A DNA stretch of 64,000 nucleotides from an uncultured delta proteobacterium (GCA_963704165.1 CAVPHD010000001.1:320001-384000), one strand, 5' to 3'; positions 18,854-30,029 are shown, numbered from the stretch's first letter. The notes: generated by a model not told the origin, from the letters alone. Made by a program: numbers and translations.

Positions 18854-20464
18854 TCACGCGACGCCGGTCGCCACGGCCTTCGCCCAGCGATAGTCGGGCT
18901 TGCCCGATGGCGAGCGCTCGATCTTCGCGACCGGATGGATCTCGCGCGGCAGCTTGTAGCCGGCGATCTTCGTGCGGCAGTGCGCCTGAATCGAGTCGAG
19001 CGTGAGCGTGCGACCTTCGCGCGCCTGCACCACGGCGGCGACACGCGAACCAAATCGCTCGTCGGGCACACCGACGACGACCGCGTCGTAGCAGTCGGGG
19101 TGGGACTTGATCGCGGACTCGACCTCTTCGGGGTAGATCTTCTCGCCGCCCGAGTTGATCGAGACCGATCCGCGGCCGAGCAGCGTGATCGAGCCGTCCG
19201 CCTCGACGGTCGCGAAGTCGCCGGGGATCGAGTAGCGCCGCCCGTTCTTGTCGGTGACGAATACCTGCCGGGTCTTCTCGGGGTCCTTGTAGTACTCGAC
19301 CGGGATGTTCCCGCCGCACGCGACCTTGCCGACGACGCCGGAGCCCGGCTTCACGGGCTCGAGGTTCTCGTCGAGCACCACCGACTCGGCCACCGCGCGC
19401 ACGGTCGGGCCACCGCCCTTCATCGCGGTTTCGCCCTTCTTCACCATCAGGATTCCGTTCGTGCCCGACTCGGACGCACCGATCGCGTCGCTCATGATCA
19501 GGTTCGGGAAGTGTCGGAAGAAGTCATCCTTGACCGAGGGCGAGAACACCGCCGCGCTCGACGAGAGCACGATCAGCGACGAGACGTCGTACGACGCTCC
19601 CGGTTCGTCGAGCACCTCGATCAGCGGCCGCGCCATCGCGTCGCCCGTGATCATCATCCCGTTCACCCGCTCCTGCTCGACCAGGCGCCAGACCTGCCGG
19701 GGGTCGAACTTCGCAACGAGCACGTTCTTGCGGCCGACGAAGCTTCCGCCCATCACCGCCCATTGCGTCGCGCCGTGCATGAGCGGTGCGATCGGCAGGA
19801 AGACCACTGCACCGGCCTTGCCTCGCTCGGCCATCTCCTCGGGACGCGAAGCGCGCAGTCCCGAGATCGGATCGACTCCGCCCCCGAACGCGAAGAACAC
19901 ATCCTCGTGTCGCCACACCACGCCCTTCGGCATCCCGGTCGTGCCGCCCGTGTACACGATGTACCGGTCGCTGCCCGAACGTGGACCGAAGTCGCGGTCC
20001 GGGGAGCCTGCGGCGAGGACCCGCTCGTACTCGAGAGAGCCGAGCGAGCCGTAGTCGGCGGCGCTTCCGTCGTCGATCACGAGCGAGAAGCGGAGCTTCG
20101 GCAGCGCGCCCCGAACCGCGGCGATGCGTGGAGCGAACTCGCGCGCGTAGATCACGCCGACCAGATCGGCGTTGTCGAGCAGGTAGCGGAGTTCGTCCTC
20201 GACGTAGCGGTAGTTGATGTTGATCCAGACGGCGCGCAGCTTGAAGATCGCCCAGAGCGACTCGACCCACTCCGCGGAGTTGTACGCGTAGATGCCGACG
20301 TGGTCGCCGGGCCGAACACCCTGCGCGGCGAGACCGTGCGCGAGCTGATTGGCGCGCGCCTCCATCTCTGCGTACGTGCGGCGCTGGCCTTCGGCGACCA
20401 GGTATTCGCGCTCCGGGAACGTATCGACCGCGCTCTCGAACAGGTCTGCGAGGTTGAACTCCAT
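18854..20464 (-). CDS. Acyl-CoA synthetase (FadD19-like)
   Basis: YTGGTTGMPKGVVWR, GASE, GD, GRGSVSINSGGEKIYPEEVE, SGKPDY. Confidence 0.92.
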   Translation of the reverse strand: MEFNLADLFESAVDTFPEREYLVAEGQRRTYAEMEARANQLAHGLAAQGVRPGDHVGIYAYNSAEWVESLWAIFKLRAVWININYRYVEDELRYLLDNADLVGVIYAREFAPRIAAVRGALPKLRFSLVIDDGSAADYGSLGSLEYERVLAAGSPDRDFGPRSGSDRYIVYTGGTTGMPKGVVWRHEDVFFAFGGGVDPISGLRASRPEEMAERGKAGAVVFLPIAPLMHGATQWAVMGGSFVGRKNVLVAKFDPRQVWRLVEQERVNGMMITGDAMARPLIEVLDEPGASYDVSSLIVLSSSAAVFSPSVKDDFFRHFPNLIMSDAIGASESGTNGILMVKKGETAMKGGGPTVRAVAESVVLDENLEPVKPGSGVVGKVACGGNIPVEYYKDPEKTRQVFVTDKNGRRYSIPGDFATVEADGSITLLGRGSVSINSGGEKIYPEEVESAIKSHPDCYDAVVVGVPDERFGSRVAAVVQAREGRTLTLDSIQAHCRTKIAGYKLPREIHPVAKIERSPSGKPDYRWAKAVATGVA

Positions 20465-20507
20465 GGTCAAAGCTTACACACGAGCGTGCTGTCGTGTCCT
20501 TGCTGCA

Positions 20508-20536
20508 TTGACGGCCTCTGGAGCCCGAGCCACGAT
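20508..20536 (+). promoter_or_regulatory. sigma70-type promoter
   Basis: TTGACG-17 nt-CACGAT upstream of 20611; AGGAG RBS before the ATG. Confidence 0.5.
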
Positions 20537-20610
20537 CGAAGAGCGCGAGGCATTTCGCCCGCGTGGATGCCCCGCGGGGAGCGTGTCCGCCCCCGCGAGA
20601 GGAGAAGACG

Positions 20611-21105
20611 ATGCGCAGACATCAATTTCGGGGTTCCCGACGGCACGGCCTCTGCTTCGAGCTGGATCCCGCGCTCGCTTGGGCCGGTCGCGGCCGGCGC
20701 GAGGTGTTGCGCTCCGCGGACCTGCATTTCTCGGTCGGCGGCAGCGAGGACGATGGCGGGGGCGCGGGGCTCGGTGTGCGCCGGCCGCTGCGATTCCTGG
20801 CCTGGAAGCTCGACCTCACGCCCGATCAGCTCGCGAGCGCGGCGCGAATTCTCGAGCGGCTCAAGATCGAGCGCGCGCAGGCCTCGGTCGATCAGCGTCG
20901 CTCGGCTGCGGACCTCGCCGACGCCGTCGAGGCCATCGACTTCGACCCTGCGCAGGCGGATGCGGCCACCGAGACACGCGTCTCCGCCGCGCTCGCGGTC
21001 CAGCGAGCGGTCGCGTCCGCGCTCGGCGAGCTGCACGCGATCCTCGAGCCCGATCAGCGCCGCCGACTCGCGATGCTGATCCGCACGCGGGCGATCGCAT
21101 TCTGA
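20611..21105 (+). CDS. Spy/CpxP-like (LTXXQ-repeat) helical protein
   Basis: LDLTPDQ and ILEPDQR repeats; no signal peptide. Confidence 0.6.
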   Translation: MRRHQFRGSRRHGLCFELDPALAWAGRGRREVLRSADLHFSVGGSEDDGGGAGLGVRRPLRFLAWKLDLTPDQLASAARILERLKIERAQASVDQRRSAADLADAVEAIDFDPAQADAATETRVSAALAVQRAVASALGELHAILEPDQRRRLAMLIRTRAIAF

Positions 21106-21109
21106 GCGG

Positions 21110-21937
21110 CTAGTCGAGCGCCCAGTCCGCGAATGCGGCGTCGAGCCGTTCGGCTCGGCGCCGCAGGATCTCGCGCTGCTCGGGATGGGTGAGGATGTAG
21201 AGCTCGTTGCGCTCGATCCCGCGCACGACCCGGCGCGCGAGCTCCTCGGTCGAGATCGTACTGCCGACGAGCGGCGGGCCGTCTCCGCTCGCTCGTGGAA
21301 GATCGACGTGGTCGGGGTTCCGGAGCTCGAGCGGCCGCATCCGCAGCGAGTTCTCGTTGATCGCGGTCTGCACGATCATCGGACACAGAACGGAGACACC
21401 GATCTCGTGCGGGCGCAGCTCGCGTTGCAGGGACTCGGTCAACCCGACGACGGCGAACTTCGACGCGCAGTACACGCCGAGCCAGTTCATGCCGGTGAGG
21501 CCCGCCATCGACGCGGTGTTCACGATGTGACCGCCCTGCTTCTGGGCGATCAGGCGCGGAACGAACGCCTGCACGCCGTGTACGACACCCCAGAAGTTCA
21601 CGTTCATCGTGAACTCCCAGTCCTTGCTCGTGGACGTCGCGATCGGCCCGAACGTGGCGACGCCCGCGTTGTTGCAGACGACGTGGACGGCGCCGAAATG
21701 CGAGAGCGTCGCATCGGCCAGTGCATCGACGCTCTCCCGCTCGGTCACGTCGGTCGGAACGGCGAGCACGTTCGCACCCTCGGTCTCGAGGTGCTTCGCG
21801 ACGACCTCGAGGTTCGAAGCGTCGAGATCGGCGAGCACGATCTTTGCGCCGCGCGCCGCCAGGACCCGCGCCAGCGCCGAGCCGATTCCACCCGCACCGC
21901 CGGTCACCACCGCCACGCGATTCTCGAAGGGATCCAT
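21110..21937 (-). CDS. Short-chain dehydrogenase/reductase
   Basis: TGGAGGIG, NNAG, YCASK. Confidence 0.93.
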   Translation of the reverse strand: MDPFENRVAVVTGGAGGIGSALARVLAARGAKIVLADLDASNLEVVAKHLETEGANVLAVPTDVTERESVDALADATLSHFGAVHVVCNNAGVATFGPIATSTSKDWEFTMNVNFWGVVHGVQAFVPRLIAQKQGGHIVNTASMAGLTGMNWLGVYCASKFAVVGLTESLQRELRPHEIGVSVLCPMIVQTAINENSLRMRPLELRNPDHVDLPRASGDGPPLVGSTISTEELARRVVRGIERNELYILTHPEQREILRRRAERLDAAFADWALD

Positions 21938-21944
21938 CGCTCGA

Positions 21945-22883
21945 TCATACCTCCGCGGTCGCGTCGAATCCGTCGGCGAAGACGACGTCGTCGCCGCGCA
22001 CCCGCGACCAGTCGAACTCGCGGAGCAGCTCGCGTGGGGTCGTGGGTCGCGCATCCGCGCGCAGGCCGGAGAGCGCGGCGAGGATTCCGCACGCCGCCGG
22101 CCCGTCGTGTCTCGCGCGGAGCTCCCGCCAGCCGACCGAGCCGTGCAGCTTCGCGAGCTTGCCGCCCGTCTCCTCGAGCAGCAGGAAGTGGTGGCGGTAC
22201 GCGGGCGTCGACAGGCCGAGCGCTCGCTGCAAGACGACGTGCAGGGCGGTCGAGGTCGCCAGATCGCGCCCGCGGACGATGCGGGTGACGCCCGCGGTCG
22301 CATCGTCGACGACCACGGCCAGGTGATAGGCGATCGCGGAGTCGCGCCTGCGGAGCACGGGATCCCCCATCGCGGCCCATGGATCCTGCGAAAGATCGAG
22401 GCCGGACTCGTCGCGAAGCACGATCCGGCCCGCGGGCAAGCGCAGCCGGACCGTTCCGTCGACGGCCCGCCAGCCACCGGGGGGAAGCTCGAGTTCGCGA
22501 CAGCGACCGGTGTAGCGCCAGCCGCCGTCGGCCGCGCGCACGCCCGCCCGAGCGATCTCGCTGCGCGAGCAGGAGCACGGGTAGAGCAGGCCCAAGCCCG
22601 CCAGGCGGTCGAGAGCGGCCTCGTGTGAAGCGCGGCTCTCGCTCTGCACCGACTCGCCATCCCAATCGAGTCCGAGCCAAGCCAGGGCCTCGCGCATCTC
22701 GCGCGCGTGCTCGGGCGTGCAGCGCTCCGGATCGATGTCCTCGAGGCGGAGCATGAACGTCGCGCCGCGCCCGCGCGCGTCGAGCCAGGCGAGCAAACCT
22801 GCGACGAGCGTGCCCGGGTGCGCGGGCCCGGACGTCGTCGGTGCGAATCGGCAGCGGTCCACCGGCCTCGCATCTTGACGCAT
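21945..22883 (-). CDS. gluQ: Glutamyl-Q tRNA(Asp) synthetase-like protein
   Basis: [38 protein letters not shown]; no anticodon-binding domain. Confidence 0.85.
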   Translation of the reverse strand: MRQDARPVDRCRFAPTTSGPAHPGTLVAGLLAWLDARGRGATFMLRLEDIDPERCTPEHAREMREALAWLGLDWDGESVQSESRASHEAALDRLAGLGLLYPCSCSRSEIARAGVRAADGGWRYTGRCRELELPPGGWRAVDGTVRLRLPAGRIVLRDESGLDLSQDPWAAMGDPVLRRRDSAIAYHLAVVVDDATAGVTRIVRGRDLATSTALHVVLQRALGLSTPAYRHHFLLLEETGGKLAKLHGSVGWRELRARHDGPAACGILAALSGLRADARPTTPRELLREFDWSRVRGDDVVFADGFDATAEV

Positions 22884-22928
22884 CGATCGAATTCCTCAAC
22901 CTCGGGATCGCCCCCCCGGGAGTACCGC

Positions 22929-24779
22929 ATGGCCGCGGATCAATCCGCCCGAAAGAGCTCCGAGCGAAAGCCCGTCGTCTACGACGAGAGCACGATCCAG
23001 ACCCTCGACGCGCTCGAGCACATCCGACTGCGCACCGGCATGTACATCGGCCGGATCGGAGACGGCACGCATCCGCTCGACGGCGTCTACGTGATGCTGA
23101 AGGAGGTCGTCGACAACGCCGTCGACGAGTTCATCATGGGCCACGGCAAGAAGATCGAGATCACGCGCGAGGGCGACGAGCTCTGCGTGCGCGATTTCGG
23201 CCGCGGCATCCCGCTCGGCAAGGTGGTCGAGTGCGTTTCGCAGATCAACACGGGCGGCAAGTACAACGACGACGTCTTCCAGTTCTCGGTCGGCTTGAAC
23301 GGCGTCGGCACCAAGGCCGTGAACGCGCTCTCGGCCGACTTCGAGGTCGTCTCGTTCCGCGAAGGCAAGTACCGCCGAGCCACCTTCAAGCAGGGCAAGA
23401 TCAAGAGCGACAAACAGGGGAAGGACGCGAAGGAGCCCGACGGAACGTTGGTCCGGTTCACGCCCGACCCGGTGATCTTCAGGACCTGGTCCTGGAACGA
23501 GGAGTTCATCGCCCACCGGCTCTGGTACTACGCGTACCTGAACGCGGGGTTGTCGCTCAGCTACAACGGAAAGGCGTTCCACAGCAAGGGCGGCCTCTCC
23601 GACCTGCTCGTGAAGGAGATCGGCGACGAGCCGCCGCTCTACGAGATCGTGCACGGAAAACTCGATCGGCTCGAGTTCGCGTTCACCCACACGCACCAGT
23701 ACGGCGAGACGTACTTCAGCTTCGTGAACGGCCAGTTCACGAACGACGGCGGCACGCACCAGGCGGCGTTCCGCGAAGGATTGCTGCGCGGGGTGAACGA
23801 GTTCTCGAGCAAGGACTTCGCGGGCGAGGACGTGCGCGACGGCATCGTCGGCGCGGTCGCGGTCAAGATCCAGGATCCGGTCTTCGAGAGCCAGACGAAG
23901 AACAAGCTCGGCTCCACCGACGTGAAGCCGTGGATCACCAAGGAAGTGAAGGAGCAGGTGATCCTCTGGCTGCACCGGAATCCCGAGGCCGCCGAGGCGC
24001 TGCTCGAGAAGGTGCGCACGAACGAGCGCATCCGAAAGGAGCTCGCGTCGATCAAGAAGCAGGCGCGAGAGCGCGCGAAGACGGTCGCGATCCGGATCCC
24101 GAAGCTGATCGACTGCAAGGTCCACTACGACGAGGTCGCGGACCTGCGCCGGGACGAGACGACCATCTTCCTGACCGAGGGGAACTCCGCGGGTGGCGCG
24201 ATGATCAAGTCGCGCGACGTCTTCACGCAGGCGATCTACACGCTGAAGGGCAAGCCGCTGAACTGCTACGGCCTGCAGCGCGACGCGGTGTACAAGAACG
24301 AAGAGCTCTACAACATCATGCGCGCGCTCGGGATCGAGGACGGCCTCGACGGCCTGCGCTACAGCCGCGTGGTGATCGCCACCGACGCCGACGTCGATGG
24401 CATGCACATCCGCAACCTCCTGCTCACCTACTTCCTGCGCTATTTCGAGGAACTCGTGCTGAAGGGGCACCTCTACATTCTCGAGACGCCGCTCTTCCGC
24501 GTGCGCAACAAGAAGCAGACTCATTACTGCTACAGCGAGAAGGAGCGCGACGAGGCGATCGAGGCCCTCGGCGGAAAGCCCGAGATCACGCGCTTCAAGG
24601 GGCTCGGCGAGATCTCGCCCGACGAGTTCGGCCAGTTCATCGGCGCCGACATCCGCCTCGTGCCCGTTTCACTCGGGTCGCTCGGCGAGGCGTCGGCGAG
24701 CCTCGAGTTCTGCATGGGCAAGAACACGCCCGCGCGACGCGTCTACATCGTCGACAATCTGATCTACGACGTGAGCTGA
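22929..24779 (+). CDS. parE: DNA topoisomerase IV subunit B (type IIA, GHKL + TOPRIM)
   Basis: EHIRLRTGMYIG, EVVDNAVDE, DFGRGIP, GLNGVGTKAVNALS, EGNSA, TDADVDG, RFKGLGE. Confidence 0.88.
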   Translation: MAADQSARKSSERKPVVYDESTIQTLDALEHIRLRTGMYIGRIGDGTHPLDGVYVMLKEVVDNAVDEFIMGHGKKIEITREGDELCVRDFGRGIPLGKVVECVSQINTGGKYNDDVFQFSVGLNGVGTKAVNALSADFEVVSFREGKYRRATFKQGKIKSDKQGKDAKEPDGTLVRFTPDPVIFRTWSWNEEFIAHRLWYYAYLNAGLSLSYNGKAFHSKGGLSDLLVKEIGDEPPLYEIVHGKLDRLEFAFTHTHQYGETYFSFVNGQFTNDGGTHQAAFREGLLRGVNEFSSKDFAGEDVRDGIVGAVAVKIQDPVFESQTKNKLGSTDVKPWITKEVKEQVILWLHRNPEAAEALLEKVRTNERIRKELASIKKQARERAKTVAIRIPKLIDCKVHYDEVADLRRDETTIFLTEGNSAGGAMIKSRDVFTQAIYTLKGKPLNCYGLQRDAVYKNEELYNIMRALGIEDGLDGLRYSRVVIATDADVDGMHIRNLLLTYFLRYFEELVLKGHLYILETPLFRVRNKKQTHYCYSEKERDEAIEALGGKPEITRFKGLGEISPDEFGQFIGADIRLVPVSLGSLGEASASLEFCMGKNTPARRVYIVDNLIYDVS

Positions 24780-24780
24780 C

Positions 24781-26694
24781 GTGGCGAACCTCGAGCCGCT
24801 GATGCGGCGCAATTTCCTCGAGTACGCCAGCTACACGATTCTGGATCGCGCGCTGCCGGATCTGCGCGACGGCTGCAAGCCGGTGCAGCGACGGCTTCTG
24901 CACACGCTGTTCACGATGGACGACGGCCTTTTCCACAAGGTCGCGAACGTGATCGGCGAAACGATGAAGCTGCATCCGCACGGAGACGTGTCGATCGGCG
25001 ACGCGCTCGTCGTTCTCGCGAACAAGGACTACTTCGTCGAGCGGCAGGGAAACTTCGGAAACCCCGTCACCGGCCACCCCGCGGCGGCCGCGCGTTACAT
25101 CGAGTGCCGGCTGACGCCGCTCGCACGCGAGACGCTCTTCAATCCGAACCTGACCGAGTACTCGCCGAGCTACGACGGACGCCGCGCGGAGCCGGTCTTC
25201 CTGCCCGCGAAGCTCCCGGTCACGCTTCTCCTCGGCATCGAAGGCATCGCCGTCGGCATGGCCACGCGAATCCTGCCGCACAACTTCGTCGAGCTCCTGC
25301 GTGCGCAGATCGCGATCCTTTCGGGCCAGAAATACAAGGTCGTGCCCGACTTCCCGACCGGCGGCTTGATGGACGTGTCGGAGTACGACAAGGGCCGCGG
25401 CAAGGTGAAGGTGCGCGCGAGGATCGAGGCGCACGGCGAGAAGAAGGTCGTGATCCGCGAGATCCCCTTCGGCACGACGACCGAGTCGTTGATCTCGTCG
25501 ATCGAGGACGCCTCGCAGAAGGGCCGCGTGAAGATCACCGGCATCGACGACTTCACCACCGACAAGGTCGAGATCGAGCTCTCACTCGCTCGCGGCGTCT
25601 ACGCCGACGAGGTGATTCCGCAGCTCTACGCGTACACCGAGTGCGAGGTCTCGCTCTCGTCGTCGGTGCTCGCGATCCGCGACCAGAAGCCGGTCGAGCT
25701 GACGGTGAACGAGGTGCTCGAGGATGCGACCGCGCGACTCCGCGAGCAGATCAAGGCCGAGCTCGAATGGGACGAATCCCGTCTCGTCGATCGCCAGCAC
25801 TGGATGACGCTCGAGCGCGTCTTCATCGAGAACCGCGTCTACAAGAAGATCGAGACCGCGAGGACCGAGGAGAAGGTCTTCGAAGCCGTGCACAAGGGCA
25901 TGGGCGAATTCCGCCGCCAGTTCGTACGCGACATGACGGACGACGACGTGAAGCGCCTACTCGAGATCCGCATCCGCCGGATCTCCGCCTACGACATCGA
26001 GAAGCACAAGAGCGAGCTCGAGGAAGTCCTCGCCGAGCTCGCCGGCGTGCGCAAGAAGCTGAAGCAGCTCACCAAGACCGTGATCGCCTGGATCGAGGGC
26101 CTGGTCGAGACGTACGGCGAGAAGTACACGCGCCGGACCAAGGTCACGTCGATCGACGAGATCGACAAGAAGGCGGTCGCCACCGCGAATCTGCGCGTGA
26201 CCTACGACGAAGAGACCGGATTCTTCGGATCCGACGTGCGCGCCGCCGAGTTCGCGTTGAACGTGTCGGAGTACGATCGCATCCTCGCGATCTCGAGCGA
26301 CGGCACCTATCGGATCATGCAGGCGCCCAAGAAGGTGCTCCTGCCGCGCAAGGTCCTGTACGTCGGCGTCTTCGACCCCGAACAGGGACGGGACTTCACG
26401 CTGGTCTGGCGCGACGGCAGCAAGAACGCGTTCGGAAAGCGCGTGCACATCTCGAGCTTCATCCGCGACAAGGAATACCGGTTCTTCAAGGACGAGAAGG
26501 GCAAGCTCGATCTGCTGCTCGAAGACGACGTGAAGCCCGGTCGCGTGCACCTGCAGTTCGTGGCGGCCAAACGCCAACGCCAGAAGGAATGCGACTTCGA
26601 CCTCGGTGACCTCGAGTTCGCCGGCCTGACCGCTCGCGGGCAGAGACTCGCGCCCAAGCCGGTCGCACGAGTGAAACACATTCCCTCGAAGTAG
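24781..26694 (+). CDS. parC: DNA topoisomerase IV subunit A
   Basis: RALPDLRDGCKPVQRR, HPHGD, catalytic AARY, GIAVGMAT, PDFPTGG; short C-terminal domain, no GyrA box. Confidence 0.88.
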   Translation: MANLEPLMRRNFLEYASYTILDRALPDLRDGCKPVQRRLLHTLFTMDDGLFHKVANVIGETMKLHPHGDVSIGDALVVLANKDYFVERQGNFGNPVTGHPAAAARYIECRLTPLARETLFNPNLTEYSPSYDGRRAEPVFLPAKLPVTLLLGIEGIAVGMATRILPHNFVELLRAQIAILSGQKYKVVPDFPTGGLMDVSEYDKGRGKVKVRARIEAHGEKKVVIREIPFGTTTESLISSIEDASQKGRVKITGIDDFTTDKVEIELSLARGVYADEVIPQLYAYTECEVSLSSSVLAIRDQKPVELTVNEVLEDATARLREQIKAELEWDESRLVDRQHWMTLERVFIENRVYKKIETARTEEKVFEAVHKGMGEFRRQFVRDMTDDDVKRLLEIRIRRISAYDIEKHKSELEEVLAELAGVRKKLKQLTKTVIAWIEGLVETYGEKYTRRTKVTSIDEIDKKAVATANLRVTYDEETGFFGSDVRAAEFALNVSEYDRILAISSDGTYRIMQAPKKVLLPRKVLYVGVFDPEQGRDFTLVWRDGSKNAFGKRVHISSFIRDKEYRFFKDEKGKLDLLLEDDVKPGRVHLQFVAAKRQRQKECDFDLGDLEFAGLTARGQRLAPKPVARVKHIPSK

Positions 26695-26720
26695 CTCCTG
26701 GGATTACACTGCGCCGGATC

Positions 26721-27680
26721 ATGGCGCGAAGAATCCTCATCGTTCTCGGTGCGCTCGCAGCCCTCGGCTTCGCCTTCGTCTGCCTCGGGCTGCTTCTCGC
26801 CCATCGACAGATCCGCGGGCTCGAGCCGGAGCTGCCCACGGTCGATGCGATTCTCGGTTTCGATACCGATGCGGATCTGCCTGTGAGTATCTCGTGGCTC
26901 AACACCGCGAGCCAGAAGATGCCGCGATCCGCAGTGCTCGTGCCGTCGCTCGATCCCACTCCCGAAGCACCCTATGTGATGAGTCACGCCGTCTTCGTGC
27001 TCGAATGGTCGGATGGGCGGATCTTCCTGGTCGATTCCGGGATGGAGCCCGAATCCGCGCGAGCCTTCGGCAAGCCGGTCGAGACGTTCTCCGGGGCCGA
27101 CCCGATCGTTCCGCTCGGCTCGATGGCCGAGAGGCTCGGCCTCTCGCTCCGCCGCGTGGGAGGAATCGCTTTCACCCACGAACACACCGACCACACCGAT
27201 GGCGTCGCCGCTCTGTGTCGGCTTCTCGACCGAAAGACCCGGCTGGTCCAGGGCCGACTGCAGATCGACGAGTCGAACTACACGACGCGACCGAGCCAGG
27301 CGCAGCTCACCGACGCGCGTTGTCTCGTGCGCGAGGTCGCCGAAGAGGGCCCGCTCTTCGAGGTGCACGGATTCCCGGGCCTCGCCTTCTTCGCGGCGGC
27401 CGGACACACGCCCGGTTCTCAGGTCTTCGTCGCGCACGTGCGCGGAACCGACGGCGTGCGCACGTATCTCCTCACCGGAGACATCGTGAACCAGATCGAC
27501 GGTGTGCGAGGGAACGTCCCGAAACCGCGCCTGTACAGCCTGCTCGTCGTGCCCGAGTCGCCCGCCCGCCTCGACTCGGTCCGCCGCCTGCTCGCCGAGC
27601 TCGAGCGCGACCACGGTGCCACGCTGCTCGTCTCGCACGATCAGCTCTCGCTCGAGGCGAGCGGCGTCCGCGCCCGGTAG
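26721..27680 (+). CDS. Membrane-anchored metallo-beta-lactamase-fold hydrolase
   Basis: N-terminal TM, THEHTDHTDG, GHTPGS, TGD, SHD. Confidence 0.88.
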   Translation: MARRILIVLGALAALGFAFVCLGLLLAHRQIRGLEPELPTVDAILGFDTDADLPVSISWLNTASQKMPRSAVLVPSLDPTPEAPYVMSHAVFVLEWSDGRIFLVDSGMEPESARAFGKPVETFSGADPIVPLGSMAERLGLSLRRVGGIAFTHEHTDHTDGVAALCRLLDRKTRLVQGRLQIDESNYTTRPSQAQLTDARCLVREVAEEGPLFEVHGFPGLAFFAAAGHTPGSQVFVAHVRGTDGVRTYLLTGDIVNQIDGVRGNVPKPRLYSLLVVPESPARLDSVRRLLAELERDHGATLLVSHDQLSLEASGVRAR

Positions 27681-27701
27681 CGCGCGGTATCCTGCGCGCG
27701 G

Positions 27702-28580
27702 ATGTCCCTCCAGGTTCTTCTCGTAGCCATGCTGGCGCAGACGTGCGGCGGCCTCGCGCCGATGCTGACCAAGCTCGCGCTCGCGGGCATGGGGCCGTGG
27801 ACGATGGTCGCGGCGCGCCAGATCTGCGGCGTGCTGGCGCTGCTCGCACTCGACCGCGTGACGCGCACCGAGTCCCGAAAGCGCGAGCCGTTCACGCGCC
27901 GCGACTGGGGGCTGCTCCTCCTGCTCTCGTGGGCTGGCTTCGCGCTTCCCCAGGTGCTGCTCGCGAACGGGATCGAGCTGTCGACGGCGACGAGCGGCGC
28001 CCTGCTCTCACCACTCGAGCCGATCGGCATTCTCGCGGGCGGATGGCTCTTCCTGCGCGAACGGCTGACGCCGGTTCGGATCGCTTCCGTCGCGATCGGA
28101 ACGCTCGGCGCGTTGCTCATCATCGCGCAGAGCAGCGTTCGACCCGAGCTCGGCAATCCGCTCGGCGACGGCCTGATCGCCGCCGGTCATCTGGCTTGGG
28201 CGATCTACACGCTCGCGGCCAAGCCTCTGCTCGTCCGACACGATGCGTTGCGCGTCTCGGTAGCCGCGGTGCTGCTCTCGATCCCGCCGCTCCTGCTGCT
28301 CGCGCTCGGTGAGGAGTTCTCCTGGGAACGCGCGCTGCCCGCGCTCGGCTGGGTGATCGCGCTCGCGATCCTGGGCAGCGCGATCGGCTCGTGGGCGTGG
28401 AACTGGGCGTTGCACCGCATGAGCGCGGGAACCATGGCCGCGTTCATCTTCGTGCAGCCGGTCGTCGGACTCGCGGCCGGCCATCTCGCGCTCGACGAAC
28501 CCGTTGGCGCGCTCGCGCTCGCCGGCGCGGGCGTGATCCTCGCGGGTGTCCTGCTCGAGGCCGTGCGCGGACGCTCCTGA
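27702..28580 (+). CDS. DMT/EamA family transporter
   Basis: About 10 TM segments, two EamA repeats (FLRERLT; LDEPV). Confidence 0.9.
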   Translation: MSLQVLLVAMLAQTCGGLAPMLTKLALAGMGPWTMVAARQICGVLALLALDRVTRTESRKREPFTRRDWGLLLLLSWAGFALPQVLLANGIELSTATSGALLSPLEPIGILAGGWLFLRERLTPVRIASVAIGTLGALLIIAQSSVRPELGNPLGDGLIAAGHLAWAIYTLAAKPLLVRHDALRVSVAAVLLSIPPLLLLALGEEFSWERALPALGWVIALAILGSAIGSWAWNWALHRMSAGTMAAFIFVQPVVGLAAGHLALDEPVGALALAGAGVILAGVLLEAVRGRS

Positions 28581-28598
28581 TTTCCGAACGCGCGTCGG

Positions 28599-30029
28599 TC
28601 AGTTCCAGATCACCGGCTTCCTCGCACGCCAGGGTCGGGCCGCCTCGAGCTGCGCGGCGACACGGAAGAGCGTCGTCTCGTCGCCGTAGCGGGCCGCGAA
28701 CTGCATGCCGATCGGAAGTCCGGTGCCGGACCACGCGAGCGGGACCGACATCGCCGGCTGGCCGGTGAAGTTGAACGGGGGCGTGAAGGGGAACGCGACC
28801 GACTGGCGCTTTCCGACCTCGCGCGGCGCGAGCGTCACCGGATCGATGTGCCCGATCCGGGGCGGAGGTGTGCCCATGACGGGTGTCAGGTACACGTCGC
28901 AGCTCTCGAAGAAGCGCAGGATCTCGTGCGTCATGCGGCGCAGGTCGCGAAACGCGCGCATCACGGCCTCGCCCGAGAGCTTGCGCCCGCTGCGAATTCC
29001 CGCCCAGGTGAGCGGCTCGAGCTCGTCCTCGCGCGGCTCGCGACCGAGCCGCTCGACGGTCTCCGCGAGGCCCGCGGCGGCGCCCGCCGCGCCGAGCACG
29101 CCCTGCGTGCGGTAGAGCGCGCGGTAGTCGATTCCGAGGTCCCGCTCCTCGACGTCGTGACCGAGCTCGACCAGAAGATCCGCGCTGTCCTCGAGCGCCC
29201 GGCGGATCTCGGGATCGATGGGCCGGCCGCTCGGCGTCACCGATGAGAACGCGACGCGAAGCCGCCCCGGTGGCACGCGCAGCTCTTCCAGGTACGACGC
29301 GGGTCGCGGCGGTGCGGCGAACGGCATCGCGGCCTCCGCGTGACCCGTGGCGTCGAGCATCGCCGCGCTGTCGCGCACGCTTCGCGAGACGACGTGACTC
29401 ACGCCGAATCCGAGCACGTTCGCGCCCACGTCGAGTCCGCCGGGATTCCGGTCGCGCGTGACCTTCAGACCGAAGAGACCGCAGCACGCGGCGGGAATCC
29501 GGATCGAGCCGAGACCGTCCGACGCGTGCGCGAGCGGCACGATTCCCGCGGCGACCGCCGACGCCGCGCCCCCGCTCGAACCACCGGAGATGTGATCGGG
29601 GTTCCAGGGGTTCCGGCACGGGCCGAGCCGGCGCGACTCGGTCGTGCCGGTGATGCCGAGCTCGGGCGTATTCGTCTTGCCCAGGATCACGAGCCCGGCC
29701 GCGCGGTGGCGCTTCACCAGCTCGCTGTCCTCGCTCGAGATCTCGTCACCCGCGAAGACGCTGCCATCGGTCATCGGCATGCCCGCGACCTGCATGCGCA
29801 GATCCTTGATCAGGAACGGAACGCCGCGGAATGCGCCTTCGCGGAGCGCACCGCGCGCCTCGCGTCGCGCTTCCTCGTAGCCTTTGTAGACGATCGCATT
29901 CAACACAGGATTGTGACGCTCGATGCGCGTGATCGCCTCTTCGACGAGCTCGGCCGCCGAGACTTCGCCGCGCCGCACCAGCTCCGCCAGTCCCAGACCG
30001 TCGTATTCGCAGTACTCGGTCAACGCCAC
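28599..30029 (-). CDS. Amidase (amidase-signature family)
   Basis: [33 protein letters not shown]. Confidence 0.93.
   Translation of the reverse strand: MALTEYCEYDGLGLAELVRRGEVSAAELVEEAITRIERHNPVLNAIVYKGYEEARREARGALREGAFRGVPFLIKDLRMQVAGMPMTDGSVFAGDEISSEDSELVKRHRAAGLVILGKTNTPELGITGTTESRRLGPCRNPWNPDHISGGSSGGAASAVAAGIVPLAHASDGLGSIRIPAACCGLFGLKVTRDRNPGGLDVGANVLGFGVSHVVSRSVRDSAAMLDATGHAEAAMPFAAPPRPASYLEELRVPPGRLRVAFSSVTPSGRPIDPEIRRALEDSADLLVELGHDVEERDLGIDYRALYRTQGVLGAAGAAAGLAETVERLGREPREDELEPLTWAGIRSGRKLSGEAVMRAFRDLRRMTHEILRFFESCDVYLTPVMGTPPPRIGHIDPVTLAPREVGKRQSVAFPFTPPFNFTGQPAMSVPLAWSGTGLPIGMQFAARYGDETTLFRVAAQLEAARPWRARKPVIWN

Noticed and set aside
26721..27680. Beta-lactamase resistance gene
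   Set aside because: Generic MBL-fold hydrolase with a membrane anchor; no class B lactamase-specific evidence
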